Source: Candidatus Babeliales bacterium (lineage in GTDB: Bacteria > Babelota > Babeliae > Babelales > JABCYS01). Taken from it: a stretch of 64,000 bases of DNA. Below are positions 38,905 to 48,804 of the stretch, piece by piece. Numbering within the stretch: position 1 is the first letter of the stretch; each line of letters opens with the position of its first letter. Both the position numbers and the translations under genes were made by a program. Below the pieces are notes generated by a model. It had not been told where the DNA came from. It was given only the letters and a program-made list of their open reading frames with translations, and ran no database searches. The stretch lies in NCBI GenBank assembly GCA_016929235.1, contig JAFGJD010000004.1:1-64000 (forward strand), in the 5' to 3' direction.

Positions 38905-39534
38905 ATGTATCTATGGAATGTGAACGGCTTAGCTCAAGAGCTCAAGGAAAATACCCTACCAGCTCGAGAGAAGGTCAAATATCTCATCCTGTTTATGCTC
39001 TATATCCCAACTGGACTTCTTGGATCCAATTGGATTCCTGGTTTATATCGCTTCATATATCGCCTCACCAATGAGTATATGGCAAAAGAGGCGCCTGACG
39101 TAAAAGCTCTAAAAATATTTAGCGACTTCAATTATATCACTGATCTTATTGTTATCGTTCTGATCTGGTTATGCGTACTGATCGCATATCATGCAAACCA
39201 GCGTGGAGATAAGAAACGCTTTTTAGAGCGTTTCTTGTGTCTCGCTGTATCAGTATCATTTCGTGTAGGTGTTTATGTATTAGTTATTTTCCTTACCGTT
39301 CTATTCGCTTCACTCATTTTTTTCAATTATAAGCTTCAACATATTGCCGTTATGTCTGGTCTCCTCAAACCATTGCGACAATTAAACCAGCTACAGACAT
39401 TGTCCTCTATCATGACGTTCATTAGTATGCGCATGCATATTTTTTCGTGTGTGATGACTGGAATTGCAGCATTATGGTCGGGGCTCATGATTAGAACAAA
39501 AATCAAATACATTGCAAAACCAAAGGAGCGGTAA
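38905..39534 (+). CDS. Hypothetical integral membrane protein (pair A, copy 1)
   Basis: RBS ggggag, ~4 TMs. Confidence 0.75.
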   Translation: MYLWNVNGLAQELKENTLPAREKVKYLILFMLYIPTGLLGSNWIPGLYRFIYRLTNEYMAKEAPDVKALKIFSDFNYITDLIVIVLIWLCVLIAYHANQRGDKKRFLERFLCLAVSVSFRVGVYVLVIFLTVLFASLIFFNYKLQHIAVMSGLLKPLRQLNQLQTLSSIMTFISMRMHIFSCVMTGIAALWSGLMIRTKIKYIAKPKER

Positions 39535-39537
39535 ACG

Positions 39538-40182
39538 ATGGTTTCATTGGGCCTTGATGCCATTAAATCATATCTTAAAAAACACACGCTTTCTGGTTAT
39601 TGGCTACTTGCAGCAGGGGCTTATTCCGCAATGCTTACAATACTTATCACAGCCCTTCCGTTATACATCATTGCGGCAACATGTGACGCGGTGTGCTTCT
39701 GGCTTTCATGCAGCATTCTACTGCTTTATACCATCATCAGTTATCTGGTAAGTAAATATGACTCAATAAAAATATACCTGCATAATTTTATTCTTCTCAG
39801 CATTCCTATTGGCACACGCATCGTACTATACGCTAGCTTGCTATATGTTGGACTAGGCGTAGCTATCCGTCTTGTTTTAGGCACAAAATTCACGGGGCTC
39901 TTATACCAAGATCAACTTGAAAATTCACCTCAAGTTCCATTCCTCGAACCACTTGTCTTAAAAATTGGTAATATTCTCTTACAGCTCATTGAATCTCCTA
40001 TTACCGATGATATTGATGAAGCACTCAGCCAAAAAACGGTTGAACAATTTCTTTGCTACATACACCAGGGAGTAACAATCATTCTTGTCACGCTCTCGCT
40101 TGTCCCTGCTGTCTGGTTTTACATGTGGATACGCACAGAATTATTGCACGTACACACAGAACCAAAAAGGAAATCTCAATGA
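39538..40182 (+). CDS. Hypothetical integral membrane protein (pair A, copy 2)
   Basis: About 4 TMs. YLHNFILLSIPIGTRIVLY parallels FLERFLCLAVSVSFRVGVY of the preceding gene. Confidence 0.7.
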   Translation: MVSLGLDAIKSYLKKHTLSGYWLLAAGAYSAMLTILITALPLYIIAATCDAVCFWLSCSILLLYTIISYLVSKYDSIKIYLHNFILLSIPIGTRIVLYASLLYVGLGVAIRLVLGTKFTGLLYQDQLENSPQVPFLEPLVLKIGNILLQLIESPITDDIDEALSQKTVEQFLCYIHQGVTIILVTLSLVPAVWFYMWIRTELLHVHTEPKRKSQ

Positions 40183-41138
40183 TTATCAAGCAAGTTGGGC
40201 GCGGCCTAGCCATGACAATTACAAGCTTTGCCGTAGCGAATCAGCATAAACGATTATTTTTCGTCGCTGCTATCCCTCCACTCCTAGCACTGCTTGCTGG
40301 CTTTGGATTATATAAGTTGGCACTCACTAACCTATTTATCACACTTAAATCAACATTTCTTACAGCATTTCTTTTAACATTTGGAGCAAGCAGTATTGGA
40401 TTAATTGTTGTCAATGTTGTCTATGCCAGCTTAGTTGTTTACTTTTCAAAAGTTACCAAAAATCGTCCTTGGAAAGATATCATAGCCGCCAGTGTTCCTA
40501 CCCAATGGTCGCGTGTTGTCGCTTGGTCATTCTTGGGAGCTCTTATTGGAACCATACTCACGTCATCAGGTGAATTATTACCATCAGCATCACGACTACA
40601 CTGGATTATTGAAGCACTTAATTACCTATGGTGGGTTCTTACATTCCTTATGATTCCATTACTTATTGATGAAGAAAACACTATTATACACGGGCTAAAG
40701 CTTGCAATTAACATTCTTCACAAAAATTTCGGCTTAATTATAAGCTCGACAGCATCACTCATGATCATAAAATCATTTGTCGGCTGGCACCTTACTAAAC
40801 TTGCAGTTTTAGCACCCAGGCTCATATTCCAATATAATATCATTACAATACGTCCCTCTTTATCAACACTTTCGTTTGCCATTATGTTCTCCGGCATGGC
40901 CTCGTCTGCTGTCATATCAGTAATCATGACGCTAGCAGAAACGGCTCTTGCTGCTGGTGTCTATAGAACATCAATTGGCAAACCATTACCAACATTCGAA
41001 CGACCAAATCTCGTACAACTAATACTTATCTCAGTAACCACTCTCCTCGCAATTGCGCTTACTGCTAGTGTCGTATCGTTCGTCACTATGTTCATCGAAT
41101 TAAAGATTCCGTTTTTCCAACCCCCTACTATGATGTAA
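40179..41138 (+). CDS. Hypothetical multi-TM protein (DUF6159-like; pair B, copy 1)
   Basis: ATGA overlap. N-terminal amphipathic helix and multiple TMs with IPLLIDEE...GLKLAINILHKNF. Confidence 0.65.
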   Translation: MIIKQVGRGLAMTITSFAVANQHKRLFFVAAIPPLLALLAGFGLYKLALTNLFITLKSTFLTAFLLTFGASSIGLIVVNVVYASLVVYFSKVTKNRPWKDIIAASVPTQWSRVVAWSFLGALIGTILTSSGELLPSASRLHWIIEALNYLWWVLTFLMIPLLIDEENTIIHGLKLAINILHKNFGLIISSTASLMIIKSFVGWHLTKLAVLAPRLIFQYNIITIRPSLSTLSFAIMFSGMASSAVISVIMTLAETALAAGVYRTSIGKPLPTFERPNLVQLILISVTTLLAIALTASVVSFVTMFIELKIPFFQPPTMM

Positions 41139-41151
41139 AAAAAGGAGATCC

Positions 41152-41898
41152 ATGAAAATACAAATCGCCCAAGGCATCCAGGTCGCCCTTATGACCTATA
41201 ATATTCTCGTAAAACATATCAAATTGCTTGCCTATATTGCCCTCCCAACAACCGTACAGTTTCTCCTTGATACACTCGCTCCAACACACCAAGCAACATA
41301 CATCTACAATCTCTTTCATCCAGTATTAATTGTATGGTTTGGGGTTGCTCTTGTGCGTCATATTTACCACATTATTAAATACGACGACGAGTCATGGTCA
41401 AACAGCATTGCTGATGCCGCCATGAGAACAGCACCTATTCTTTTGTGGGGAGCGGTCGCCTCGTGCGCCATTGGATTATCATACTTAGGAGAATCTTTTC
41501 TTTCATGGATCGGCCTTCGCAGCTCTATCATCACACTCCCATTCATGGTCCTATGGATCATCCTCACAGCTTTCATCATCGCCATCATCTCCTCAGAGCA
41601 ACAACCTTTACTGTCCATGATAAAGGAAGCTTTAACACTCATTCGTGAGTATGCCTGGGAACTTGCAGGTGGCATCACCGTATTTGTTAGCTTCTTATTG
41701 ATCCCTGTCTTATTTGTTTCGTTTCTGCAGCTTTTAGGTGTCTTACCCTGGGGCATTATTTACCATGCCACCATCCTGACCGTTCTCATCATTTTCCAGA
41801 CAGTCGTTATCATGTTCTGCGCTTTGATCCATAGGCACTACATGAGGAAGGTCAAACAAGAGATCGTCATCGATATAAGAACGCTCTATAATCCATAG
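41152..41898 (+). CDS. Hypothetical multi-TM protein (DUF6159-like; pair B, copy 2)
   Basis: RBS aaggag. IAIISSEQQ...IKEALTLIREYAWE parallels the preceding gene. Confidence 0.65.
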   Translation: MKIQIAQGIQVALMTYNILVKHIKLLAYIALPTTVQFLLDTLAPTHQATYIYNLFHPVLIVWFGVALVRHIYHIIKYDDESWSNSIADAAMRTAPILLWGAVASCAIGLSYLGESFLSWIGLRSSIITLPFMVLWIILTAFIIAIISSEQQPLLSMIKEALTLIREYAWELAGGITVFVSFLLIPVLFVSFLQLLGVLPWGIIYHATILTVLIIFQTVVIMFCALIHRHYMRKVKQEIVIDIRTLYNP

Positions 41899-41929
41899 AA
41901 ACCTGAAAAAGCCCTTCAACTGCGGTTAT

Positions 41930-41958
41930 TTGATGAGCTTCTCAATTCATGCTACCAT
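41930..41958 (+). promoter_or_regulatory. Sigma70-like promoter for rpsA-ndk
   Basis: TTGATG-17 bp-TACCAT with an extended -10 TG. Confidence 0.55.
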
Positions 41959-42050
41959 AGTGGCATGGATATATGTTTAATACCTTTACCCTCTTTGGGG
42001 ACCATGTCAGGATCACTGATGGCTCTTCCCTATAAGAGGCATTTTCAGGA

Positions 42051-43829
42051 GTGTATTCCCCTATGTCAAAAGAAGTAATTCGTCCCCAGCAGTTTGCTCA
42101 TGCAACGCTGATGGCCAAAAGCAATCATCTTGAACTTAATGCAGATCAACAAAAGGAACTTGATGTCCTTTATCAGGGTCTCGATCGTCTTAAGCCCGGG
42201 CAGCTCATTTCAGGCACCGTTCTGCGCGCCGACTCTGATGGTGTACTCGTCGATATTAGTTATAAGTCTGATGGCCTGATTCCTCGCTATGAATTTTCAG
42301 AACATGAAATGAAAGCCCTCAAAGTGGGCAACACTATAGAAGTTATTTTGGATGAACTTGAAAGCATCCACGGTTCAGTCACCCTTTCTTACGAAAAAGC
42401 CAAGGAAATGCGTGCCTGGGAACGCATTACCAACCTCTTTGATGACGGTAAGCCTGTTGAGGGCGTTATTACTCACAAAGTTAAGGGTGGCCTCAGCGTA
42501 GATATTGGCGTCCAAGCCTTTCTACCTGGATCACAAGTCGATATCCACCGCGTAACGGACTTTGACACCTTTGTTGGCCAAACTATTACCGCCGACATTA
42601 TCAAGCTCAACAAGCGTCGTGGCAATGTTATTCTTTCTCGCCGTAAGTACCTCTCTAATCTTCGCGCAGAGTCACGCAAAAAGATGATGGAGACACTTGA
42701 AGAAGGTCAAGTCGTACAAGGAGTCATCAAGAACATCACCAATTATGGTGCGTTCGTTGATATCGGTGGTGTGGATGGACTACTCCATATTACAGATATG
42801 ACCTGGGGTCGTATTGCACACCCAAGTGAAATTGTTCGTCTTGGAGACACCATTGCCGTGAAGATCTTGTCCATTGATAAGGACAATGCAAAGATCTCAC
42901 TCGGCATGAAACAATTGTCAGACAATCCGTGGGAACAACTTGCTGATCAACTCAAGATTGGCGCCCGCATTAAAGGTAAAGTATCAAGCATTACCGATTA
43001 CGGCCTCTTTGTTGAAATTCAAAAAGGCGTCGAAGGACTTGTCCATATTTCAGAAATTTCATGGACCGAACGTATTAATGATTTGCGTAAGCACTATGCT
43101 GTAGGGAATGAAATCGAGGCATTAATTGTTTCCCTCGATAAGGATAACCGTCGCATGTCATTAAGTATTAAGCAACTTGAACAAAATCCTTGGGATTCAA
43201 TTTCTCAAGAGTTCAAAGCTGGTGATAGAGTCAAAGGAACCATCAGCAATATCACTGATTTCGGTATCTTTGTAACCTTGAAGCCTGGTATTGATGGCCT
43301 AGTGCATATTTCAGATCTTTCCTGGACTGAACACATCAACCACCCAGCTGACCTCTACGCAAAGGGCCAGGATGTTGAAGCAATCATTCTTGGCGTCGAC
43401 GAAGACAATAAAAAGATTTCGCTTGGTATCAAGCAATTAACGCAAGATCCATGGGAAAATCTAGAAGAAGAATACCCACGAGGCAAAGTCATTGAAGGAA
43501 CCGTATCGAAGATTACTAACTTCGGCGCCTTCGTGAAGCTTTCTTCTGGTATCGAAGGACTCGTTCATAGCTCAGAGCTCACACCTGCCGAAGGTGAGGC
43601 TGCTGTTGAAGTTGGACAAACTCGCTCATTCCGCGTAATCAACGTAAACCGTGAAGAACGAAAACTTGGGTTGAGCTTAAAGACCGAAGGTGAGCTTGCG
43701 CCACAAAAACAAGTAAGCAAAAAACCTTCTAAGGTCAGAGAAAAACAAGAACCTCAAGCGAAACCACGGTCCTTGTTCCAAATGGAACTTGAGCGACATA
43801 TGAATACCAAGAATAAAAAGGACTCATAA
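42051..43829 (+). CDS. rpsA: 30S ribosomal protein S1
   Basis: Six S1 domains ([34 protein letters not shown]). The start may be ATG 42063. Confidence 0.97.
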   Translation: MYSPMSKEVIRPQQFAHATLMAKSNHLELNADQQKELDVLYQGLDRLKPGQLISGTVLRADSDGVLVDISYKSDGLIPRYEFSEHEMKALKVGNTIEVILDELESIHGSVTLSYEKAKEMRAWERITNLFDDGKPVEGVITHKVKGGLSVDIGVQAFLPGSQVDIHRVTDFDTFVGQTITADIIKLNKRRGNVILSRRKYLSNLRAESRKKMMETLEEGQVVQGVIKNITNYGAFVDIGGVDGLLHITDMTWGRIAHPSEIVRLGDTIAVKILSIDKDNAKISLGMKQLSDNPWEQLADQLKIGARIKGKVSSITDYGLFVEIQKGVEGLVHISEISWTERINDLRKHYAVGNEIEALIVSLDKDNRRMSLSIKQLEQNPWDSISQEFKAGDRVKGTISNITDFGIFVTLKPGIDGLVHISDLSWTEHINHPADLYAKGQDVEAIILGVDEDNKKISLGIKQLTQDPWENLEEEYPRGKVIEGTVSKITNFGAFVKLSSGIEGLVHSSELTPAEGEAAVEVGQTRSFRVINVNREERKLGLSLKTEGELAPQKQVSKKPSKVREKQEPQAKPRSLFQMELERHMNTKNKKDS

Positions 43830-43830
43830 T

Positions 43831-44235
43831 ATGGAACAAACGCTCGGTATCATCAAACCAGATGCTGTCGAAGCTAAATACAGCGGCAAGATTATTGATG
43901 CAATTGAAGAACACGGTTTTACCATTGCAGGTATGAAGAAGCTACACTTGTCACAAGAACAAGCTGAAGCATTTTATGCCATCCACAAAGGAAAACCCTT
44001 CTTCAACGAGCTCGTAACATTTATGACGTCAGGACCAGTAATTGTCATGGTTCTAGAAAAAGAAAATGCGATTATAGCATGGCGTGATTTGATGGGAGAC
44101 ACCAATCCTGCCAAAGCACCATTAGGTTCTTTGCGTCAGCGTTTTGGAACATCAATCGGTGAAAATGCAACGCATGGATCCGATGCTCCAGAAACAGCTC
44201 GTGCTGAAATAGCATTCTTTTTCCCAGAACTCTAA
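43831..44235 (+). CDS. ndk: Nucleoside diphosphate kinase (cytoplasmic)
   Basis: [33 protein letters not shown]. Confidence 0.97.
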   Translation: MEQTLGIIKPDAVEAKYSGKIIDAIEEHGFTIAGMKKLHLSQEQAEAFYAIHKGKPFFNELVTFMTSGPVIVMVLEKENAIIAWRDLMGDTNPAKAPLGSLRQRFGTSIGENATHGSDAPETARAEIAFFFPEL

Positions 44236-44240
44236 AGATC

Positions 44241-44271
44241 AATACCGGGGGAGATTTTCTTCCCCGGTATT
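44241..44271 (+). terminator. Hairpin/terminator between the two ndk genes
   Basis: Stem aataccgggg...ccccggtatt with a short U tail. Confidence 0.65.
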
Positions 44272-44293
44272 TCATTAAGGAAAGAGGCGCATC

Positions 44294-44794
44294 ATGACTA
44301 TTCACAAAACTGCAGTTCTCATCACAGCATTTGCAGTGCTTTGTATTATTCCAGGCTGTTCATGGTTCTTTTCAACCCCGCAACCCGTTAACGAAACTAC
44401 CCTTGCGATCATTAAGCCAGATGCAGTACGCGCACGCAACACTGGAAAAATTATCGATAGCATCGAGCATCATGATTTTACAATTGTACGCATGAAAAAA
44501 GTCCAACTCACGCCGGGCCAAGCCGAAAAATTCTATGCAGTACATAAAGAAAAACCTTTTTTTGCTAACTTGATAGAATTCATGACCTCAGGACCAATCA
44601 TTGTTCTTGCACTTGAAAAAGAAAATGCTATCGAAGAATGGCGTAAACTGATGGGTTCAACCAATCCTGCCAAATCAGCTCCTGGTACCATTCGTAGGCT
44701 TTTTGGAACATCAGTTAGTGAAAATGCTGTACATGGGTCTGATTCATCTGAAAATGCAAAAATAGAACTTGCACTCTTTTTTCCTGATCTATAA
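44294..44794 (+). CDS. ndk: Second nucleoside diphosphate kinase with N-terminal signal/lipoprotein-like peptide
   Basis: MTIHKTAVLITAFAVLCIIPGC leader followed by an intact NDK (IIKPDAV, TSGP, NAVHGSD). Confidence 0.93.
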   Translation: MTIHKTAVLITAFAVLCIIPGCSWFFSTPQPVNETTLAIIKPDAVRARNTGKIIDSIEHHDFTIVRMKKVQLTPGQAEKFYAVHKEKPFFANLIEFMTSGPIIVLALEKENAIEEWRKLMGSTNPAKSAPGTIRRLFGTSVSENAVHGSDSSENAKIELALFFPDL

Positions 44795-44797
44795 GAC

Positions 44798-45553
44798 ATG
44801 AATATTCGCACTTTCTGTGTGCTATTGCTCGCTGGAACTTTTTGGTCAATAAACAGCATTGTCATTATAGTTCCAGGAACATGGTCTGTATCAGCATCGT
44901 GGCACCAACCAGGCGGAGATTTTTTTGACATATTACAACAGAACTACGCACCAGAATCTGTTTTCACATTTTGTTGGTCAGGTAAAAATAATCACGATGC
45001 ACGGATAGTCGCCTCACGCAATCTTGCAACACTTTTGAATCAATTTCCAATCGTAACGCTCGTAACACATTCACATGGGACCAATGTCGCATTATTGGCC
45101 ATCAACATGCTTGCCGAACAAGATAGTCAAACACGTATTCCCATGTTGTATGCACTTGCAACTCCCGTTGCATCCAATGATTATATCCCCAACATGAATT
45201 ACATTGGTCATTTAGTACATTTGTTTTCGTTCAGTGACACCATACAAACTATGGTCAGCGGTTACGAACGAGTCTTTACGCCACACCCTCGTATTACCAA
45301 TCTTGCGGTACTTTATAACCGTAAGGAACCAAATCATAGTGAGATTCATAGTCCATTGTGTGCTCGGTGGCTTCCCTACTTAAATCAATATATCACACCA
45401 GGACAAGATGGAGTTTTACAGTTATCCTCTAACCATAATCCTGAACTCATTATTGACGATTCATTCGCAGTATCTGTAGATTTGGATCAATGGCTTCAAC
45501 AACAAATCAGTATTGGTTTTTGGAAATTTGTAAGATCAAAAAAGAATGAATGA
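44798..45553 (+). CDS. Exported alpha/beta-hydrolase-like protein
   Basis: Signal peptide. IIVPGTW, FCWSG, nucleophile elbow THSHG, LATP, D (SDTIQ) and H (NHSEIH). Confidence 0.75.
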   Translation: MNIRTFCVLLLAGTFWSINSIVIIVPGTWSVSASWHQPGGDFFDILQQNYAPESVFTFCWSGKNNHDARIVASRNLATLLNQFPIVTLVTHSHGTNVALLAINMLAEQDSQTRIPMLYALATPVASNDYIPNMNYIGHLVHLFSFSDTIQTMVSGYERVFTPHPRITNLAVLYNRKEPNHSEIHSPLCARWLPYLNQYITPGQDGVLQLSSNHNPELIIDDSFAVSVDLDQWLQQQISIGFWKFVRSKKNE

Positions 45554-46325
45554 TACAAAAAAACCATTACATAAATTGGTAGTGTTTGACTCAGGGATTG
45601 GTGGCCTTTCTGTCCTCCAAGAACTTATGAAACTTCCTATCAAGGAATTTGTATATTGTGCTGATACTGCGCATGTACCCTATGGCGATAAAACGCCCGA
45701 TGAAATCATAAGCCTTACGATGAAGACACTTTTGAGTGTAATTGATCCATCAATAGATGGTCTTGTTCTTGCCTGCCATACAGCCTCATCACTCGTATAT
45801 GAAACAATTACTCAAGCATTTCCCCACCTTCCAGTTTGGAATGTAATGGAGCCTGCAGCACGCTCAGCCGCTCATACTTCTCTTAACAAACGCATTGGCA
45901 TCATTGGAACATCAGCAACCATTGCTCACAGCCGACATAAACAAACTATTCTCAACATAGAACCAGATGCGTACATTATTCAACAAGCATGTCCTGATCT
46001 TGTTCCACTCATCGAAGCGCCGCAGCTTGACATTGACGCCACGAAAGCAGCACTACATCGATATATTACACCACTTCTTGCCCACTCTATTGATACTCTC
46101 ATCATCGGCTGCACGCATTACGAATTGATACGGAATCTTATTAATCCACTTGTAGGAAAAGATATCGCACTCATCAGCACACCACCACTTATGACGGCGC
46201 TCTTATATCCACTTGTAGAAAATCAAGATATTGTAAAACCCGTTATTTCCATTCATGTAACAGGCCCACAAATATCATTCCTCCAAAAACTCAATTCCGT
46301 CGCTCCGGCAATCTTGCAGAAATAA
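45546..46325 (+). CDS. murI: Glutamate racemase
   Basis: FDSGIGGLSV, PYGDK, both catalytic Cys (LACHTAS, GCTHY). Confidence 0.95.
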   Translation: MNDTKKPLHKLVVFDSGIGGLSVLQELMKLPIKEFVYCADTAHVPYGDKTPDEIISLTMKTLLSVIDPSIDGLVLACHTASSLVYETITQAFPHLPVWNVMEPAARSAAHTSLNKRIGIIGTSATIAHSRHKQTILNIEPDAYIIQQACPDLVPLIEAPQLDIDATKAALHRYITPLLAHSIDTLIIGCTHYELIRNLINPLVGKDIALISTPPLMTALLYPLVENQDIVKPVISIHVTGPQISFLQKLNSVAPAILQK

Positions 46326-46382
46326 GTTGCTGCACTATACTGGTCCCGGTTTTTTATGCCCGTTACACGAAAGGTCTATTTA

Positions 46383-46727
46383 ATGAAACGTATTCTTCTA
46401 GTTTCCTCAATTGCTCTTATCGGTTATGCATCAGCCCATGCAACCTGCGTGACCAAATGCGCTGATGATTATGAACTTAGTGAAGAAGAAGCTCAGCTTC
46501 TGGAGTTATGCGACAACAGCCCTGACTATGAAACCTGCCGCTGCATTCTTGTCCGCACATTTTGTGTGCCAGAACACAAAGGAGCCACCACAGAATCAGA
46601 TTTCTACCAAGTAGAAATTGAAACATTTTGTGCAGTCGCAGAATATCTTAGGGAAAGGCTTACTGAAGAACAGTGGAGAGAAGTCGCAGAGAGTATGGAG
46701 GAAGAAGGATTGGTCTGCATAGAATAA
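46383..46727 (+). CDS. Small secreted acidic Cys-rich protein
   Basis: Signal peptide MKRILLVSSIALIGYASAHA. Eight Cys in the mature part. Confidence 0.7.
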   Translation: MKRILLVSSIALIGYASAHATCVTKCADDYELSEEEAQLLELCDNSPDYETCRCILVRTFCVPEHKGATTESDFYQVEIETFCAVAEYLRERLTEEQWREVAESMEEEGLVCIE

Positions 46728-46758
46728 AGCAACAAGCTCGTCATAGAAAGAGGCCGAA

Positions 46759-47175
46759 CTACTCGACCTCTTTTTTTTCTACGATTTTTTTAAGTGCTTC
46801 ATCCAGAACGCCGTTCACAAATTTGTATGCATCAACCTCAGCAAAGCATTTTGCTAATTCGATTGCTTCATTGATAACCAGACTTGGCGCATTGTCTGTA
46901 TTTAACAATTCCCATAGCGCCAATCTCAAAATAAGCTTAGTACAAACACCAATACGTTCGATTTTCCAGTTGGCAAGCAAGGGGACCAACCTCATATCAA
47001 GCTCATTTCTCTGCTCAACGATGGCATGTGTAACATTCATTTCGGGACCAGCAAGGTCAATATCTGTATCAAATCCTCGATTCAGCATATCGGCAATTGA
47101 CTCAAGTGATACCTCATAGGAGTTCTCTTCTGCTGCGTAGAGTATATGAAAAATCAAGGAGCGATTCAGTCTCAT
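46759..47175 (-). CDS. nusB: Transcription antitermination factor NusB
   Basis: NWKIERIG...ILRLALWEL...VINEAIELAKCF...KFVNGVLD. Follows efp. Confidence 0.93.
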   Translation of the reverse strand: MRLNRSLIFHILYAAEENSYEVSLESIADMLNRGFDTDIDLAGPEMNVTHAIVEQRNELDMRLVPLLANWKIERIGVCTKLILRLALWELLNTDNAPSLVINEAIELAKCFAEVDAYKFVNGVLDEALKKIVEKKEVE

Positions 47176-47741
47176 TATTTTTTATCCACACGCTCAATAT
47201 ATTTTGAATCACGTGTATCAACTTTAATTACTGTTCCCACTTCAATGAATAGAGGAGCTTGAACAACCAAGCCTGTTTCTAAAGTTACTGGTTTAGTACC
47301 AGCTCCCTGGGCAGTATCACCCTTCACACCAGGAGGTGCATCAACAACCTCAAGCTCCATAAATAATGGTGGGGTTACTGCAATAGGACGACCCTGAAAA
47401 TAGAGAATCGTATAGACCGTTTGTTCTTTCAAAAAGTTCTTTACATCCTCAAGCTGTTCTTTATTGAGACTTACTTCGTCATAGGTATTTTGATCTAAAA
47501 AGTGGTATAGATCATCAGCATAGAGATATTGCATTTCTTTGTATTCAAGATCAGGAGCAGAAAATTTTTCTCCAGAACGGAATAACTCTTCTCTGACAAG
47601 GCCAGTAATCATGTTTTTCATTTTTGTACGAACGAATGCCCCGCCCTTACCAGGCTTAACATGATGGTACTCAATCACCATATATGGCTCATTCTGGAAA
47701 AGGATCTTACAGCCTTTGCGAAAATCGGATGTGGAAATCAC
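47175..47741 (-). CDS. efp: Elongation factor P
   Basis: HVKPGKGGAFVRTK, PGVKGDTA, LETG, VDTR..YIER. Confidence 0.98.
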   Translation of the reverse strand: MISTSDFRKGCKILFQNEPYMVIEYHHVKPGKGGAFVRTKMKNMITGLVREELFRSGEKFSAPDLEYKEMQYLYADDLYHFLDQNTYDEVSLNKEQLEDVKNFLKEQTVYTILYFQGRPIAVTPPLFMELEVVDAPPGVKGDTAQGAGTKPVTLETGLVVQAPLFIEVGTVIKVDTRDSKYIERVDKK

Positions 47742-47826
47742 TATGGACCTTTCATACTAATGAGACATGAGCTATCGCTCAAAGAGTAGACTAGCATAAA
47801 AAAGACCGTAGTAAAAAGCAATTCCC

Positions 47827-48711
47827 CTAATAAGACATCCGAGCACTGAGCGCTTCAGCTGCCTTCTGTCGCTCTCGAGCCTCCTGAGCCTGGCGAGCCG
47901 CTTCCTTGGCGACTGCTTCACGAACTACCGCTTCTATCACCGTTTTTTCAACTACTTTCTTTGCTACCGCTTCTGCAATGGCTTCCCGCTCTGCCTCTAC
48001 ACGATATGCATTCTCTGCAGCCTTACGGCCCAGAGACTCGCGGCCAAGACACAACTTATCTACGAGATGATCTATTGAACGATTAATTGCTTTTCCAAGA
48101 TCATTTTTATGTTTCCTAAGCGGATGAACAATCCCCTTCAAGGAATCTACAAGTTTAGCATACTTGCCATCAACAACCGCCTGTTGAGCATTACCAATAG
48201 CGTCGATAACTTTTTGCAAGCGACCAACATCAGTATAAATTGCATATTCTTGTATGAGATCAAAAACATCCTTCAAATTATCATTGATTTTCTCAGGTCC
48301 CACAAAACGACTCAAAAGAAGTATAGAAAAATTATTCCAGACATCTGTCAATTGTTGCACTGTCTTTGCGTGCAACCGTGATTGTTCAGGAACAAAGATT
48401 TCTGTTTCAACAACCGCATCGAGGTTGAATCGACCTCGGTACCATCGTGCATAAAATGCTTCTTTCAAACACGCACACTCATGCAACCATTGCATAATTT
48501 GTATCCTACTATGTTCACAACAGAGGTTTCTATAGCGTTGCATGGAATTACCAACTGTCTGCGCCACACTCTTAAATCCATATGTAGCAGGAAGACCTAC
48601 GCTATGGTATGCCTTCATCAATGATGATCCCTGATACCGCATCAATGCTCCAATGCCAAACGCTGTAATGATCACGCTCGGCATGAGCATCATATACCAC
48701 TTCATATACAA
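47827..48711 (-). CDS. Hypothetical membrane-anchored protein with Ala/Glu-rich coiled-coil tail
   Basis: RBS gaggag, N-terminal hydrophobic segment, helical C-terminus. Confidence 0.65.
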   Translation of the reverse strand: MYMKWYMMLMPSVIITAFGIGALMRYQGSSLMKAYHSVGLPATYGFKSVAQTVGNSMQRYRNLCCEHSRIQIMQWLHECACLKEAFYARWYRGRFNLDAVVETEIFVPEQSRLHAKTVQQLTDVWNNFSILLLSRFVGPEKINDNLKDVFDLIQEYAIYTDVGRLQKVIDAIGNAQQAVVDGKYAKLVDSLKGIVHPLRKHKNDLGKAINRSIDHLVDKLCLGRESLGRKAAENAYRVEAEREAIAEAVAKKVVEKTVIEAVVREAVAKEAARQAQEARERQKAAEALSARMSY

Positions 48712-48804
48712 CTCTCCTCACCAAAATCTTCTGTTGACTTCAAAAATATGCTAGATAAATAGATCAGGAGTATTCAAGAGATTGCCATAAAACACGGAGA
48801 GATT

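Noticed and set aside
46673..47119. 148-aa plus-strand ORF and similar shadow ORFs (e.g. 23334-23768, 30375-30776, 44533-44931)
   Set aside because: They are antisense to or overlap well-supported genes (nusB, the 23143 gene, leuS, ndk) and have no protein-like motifs.
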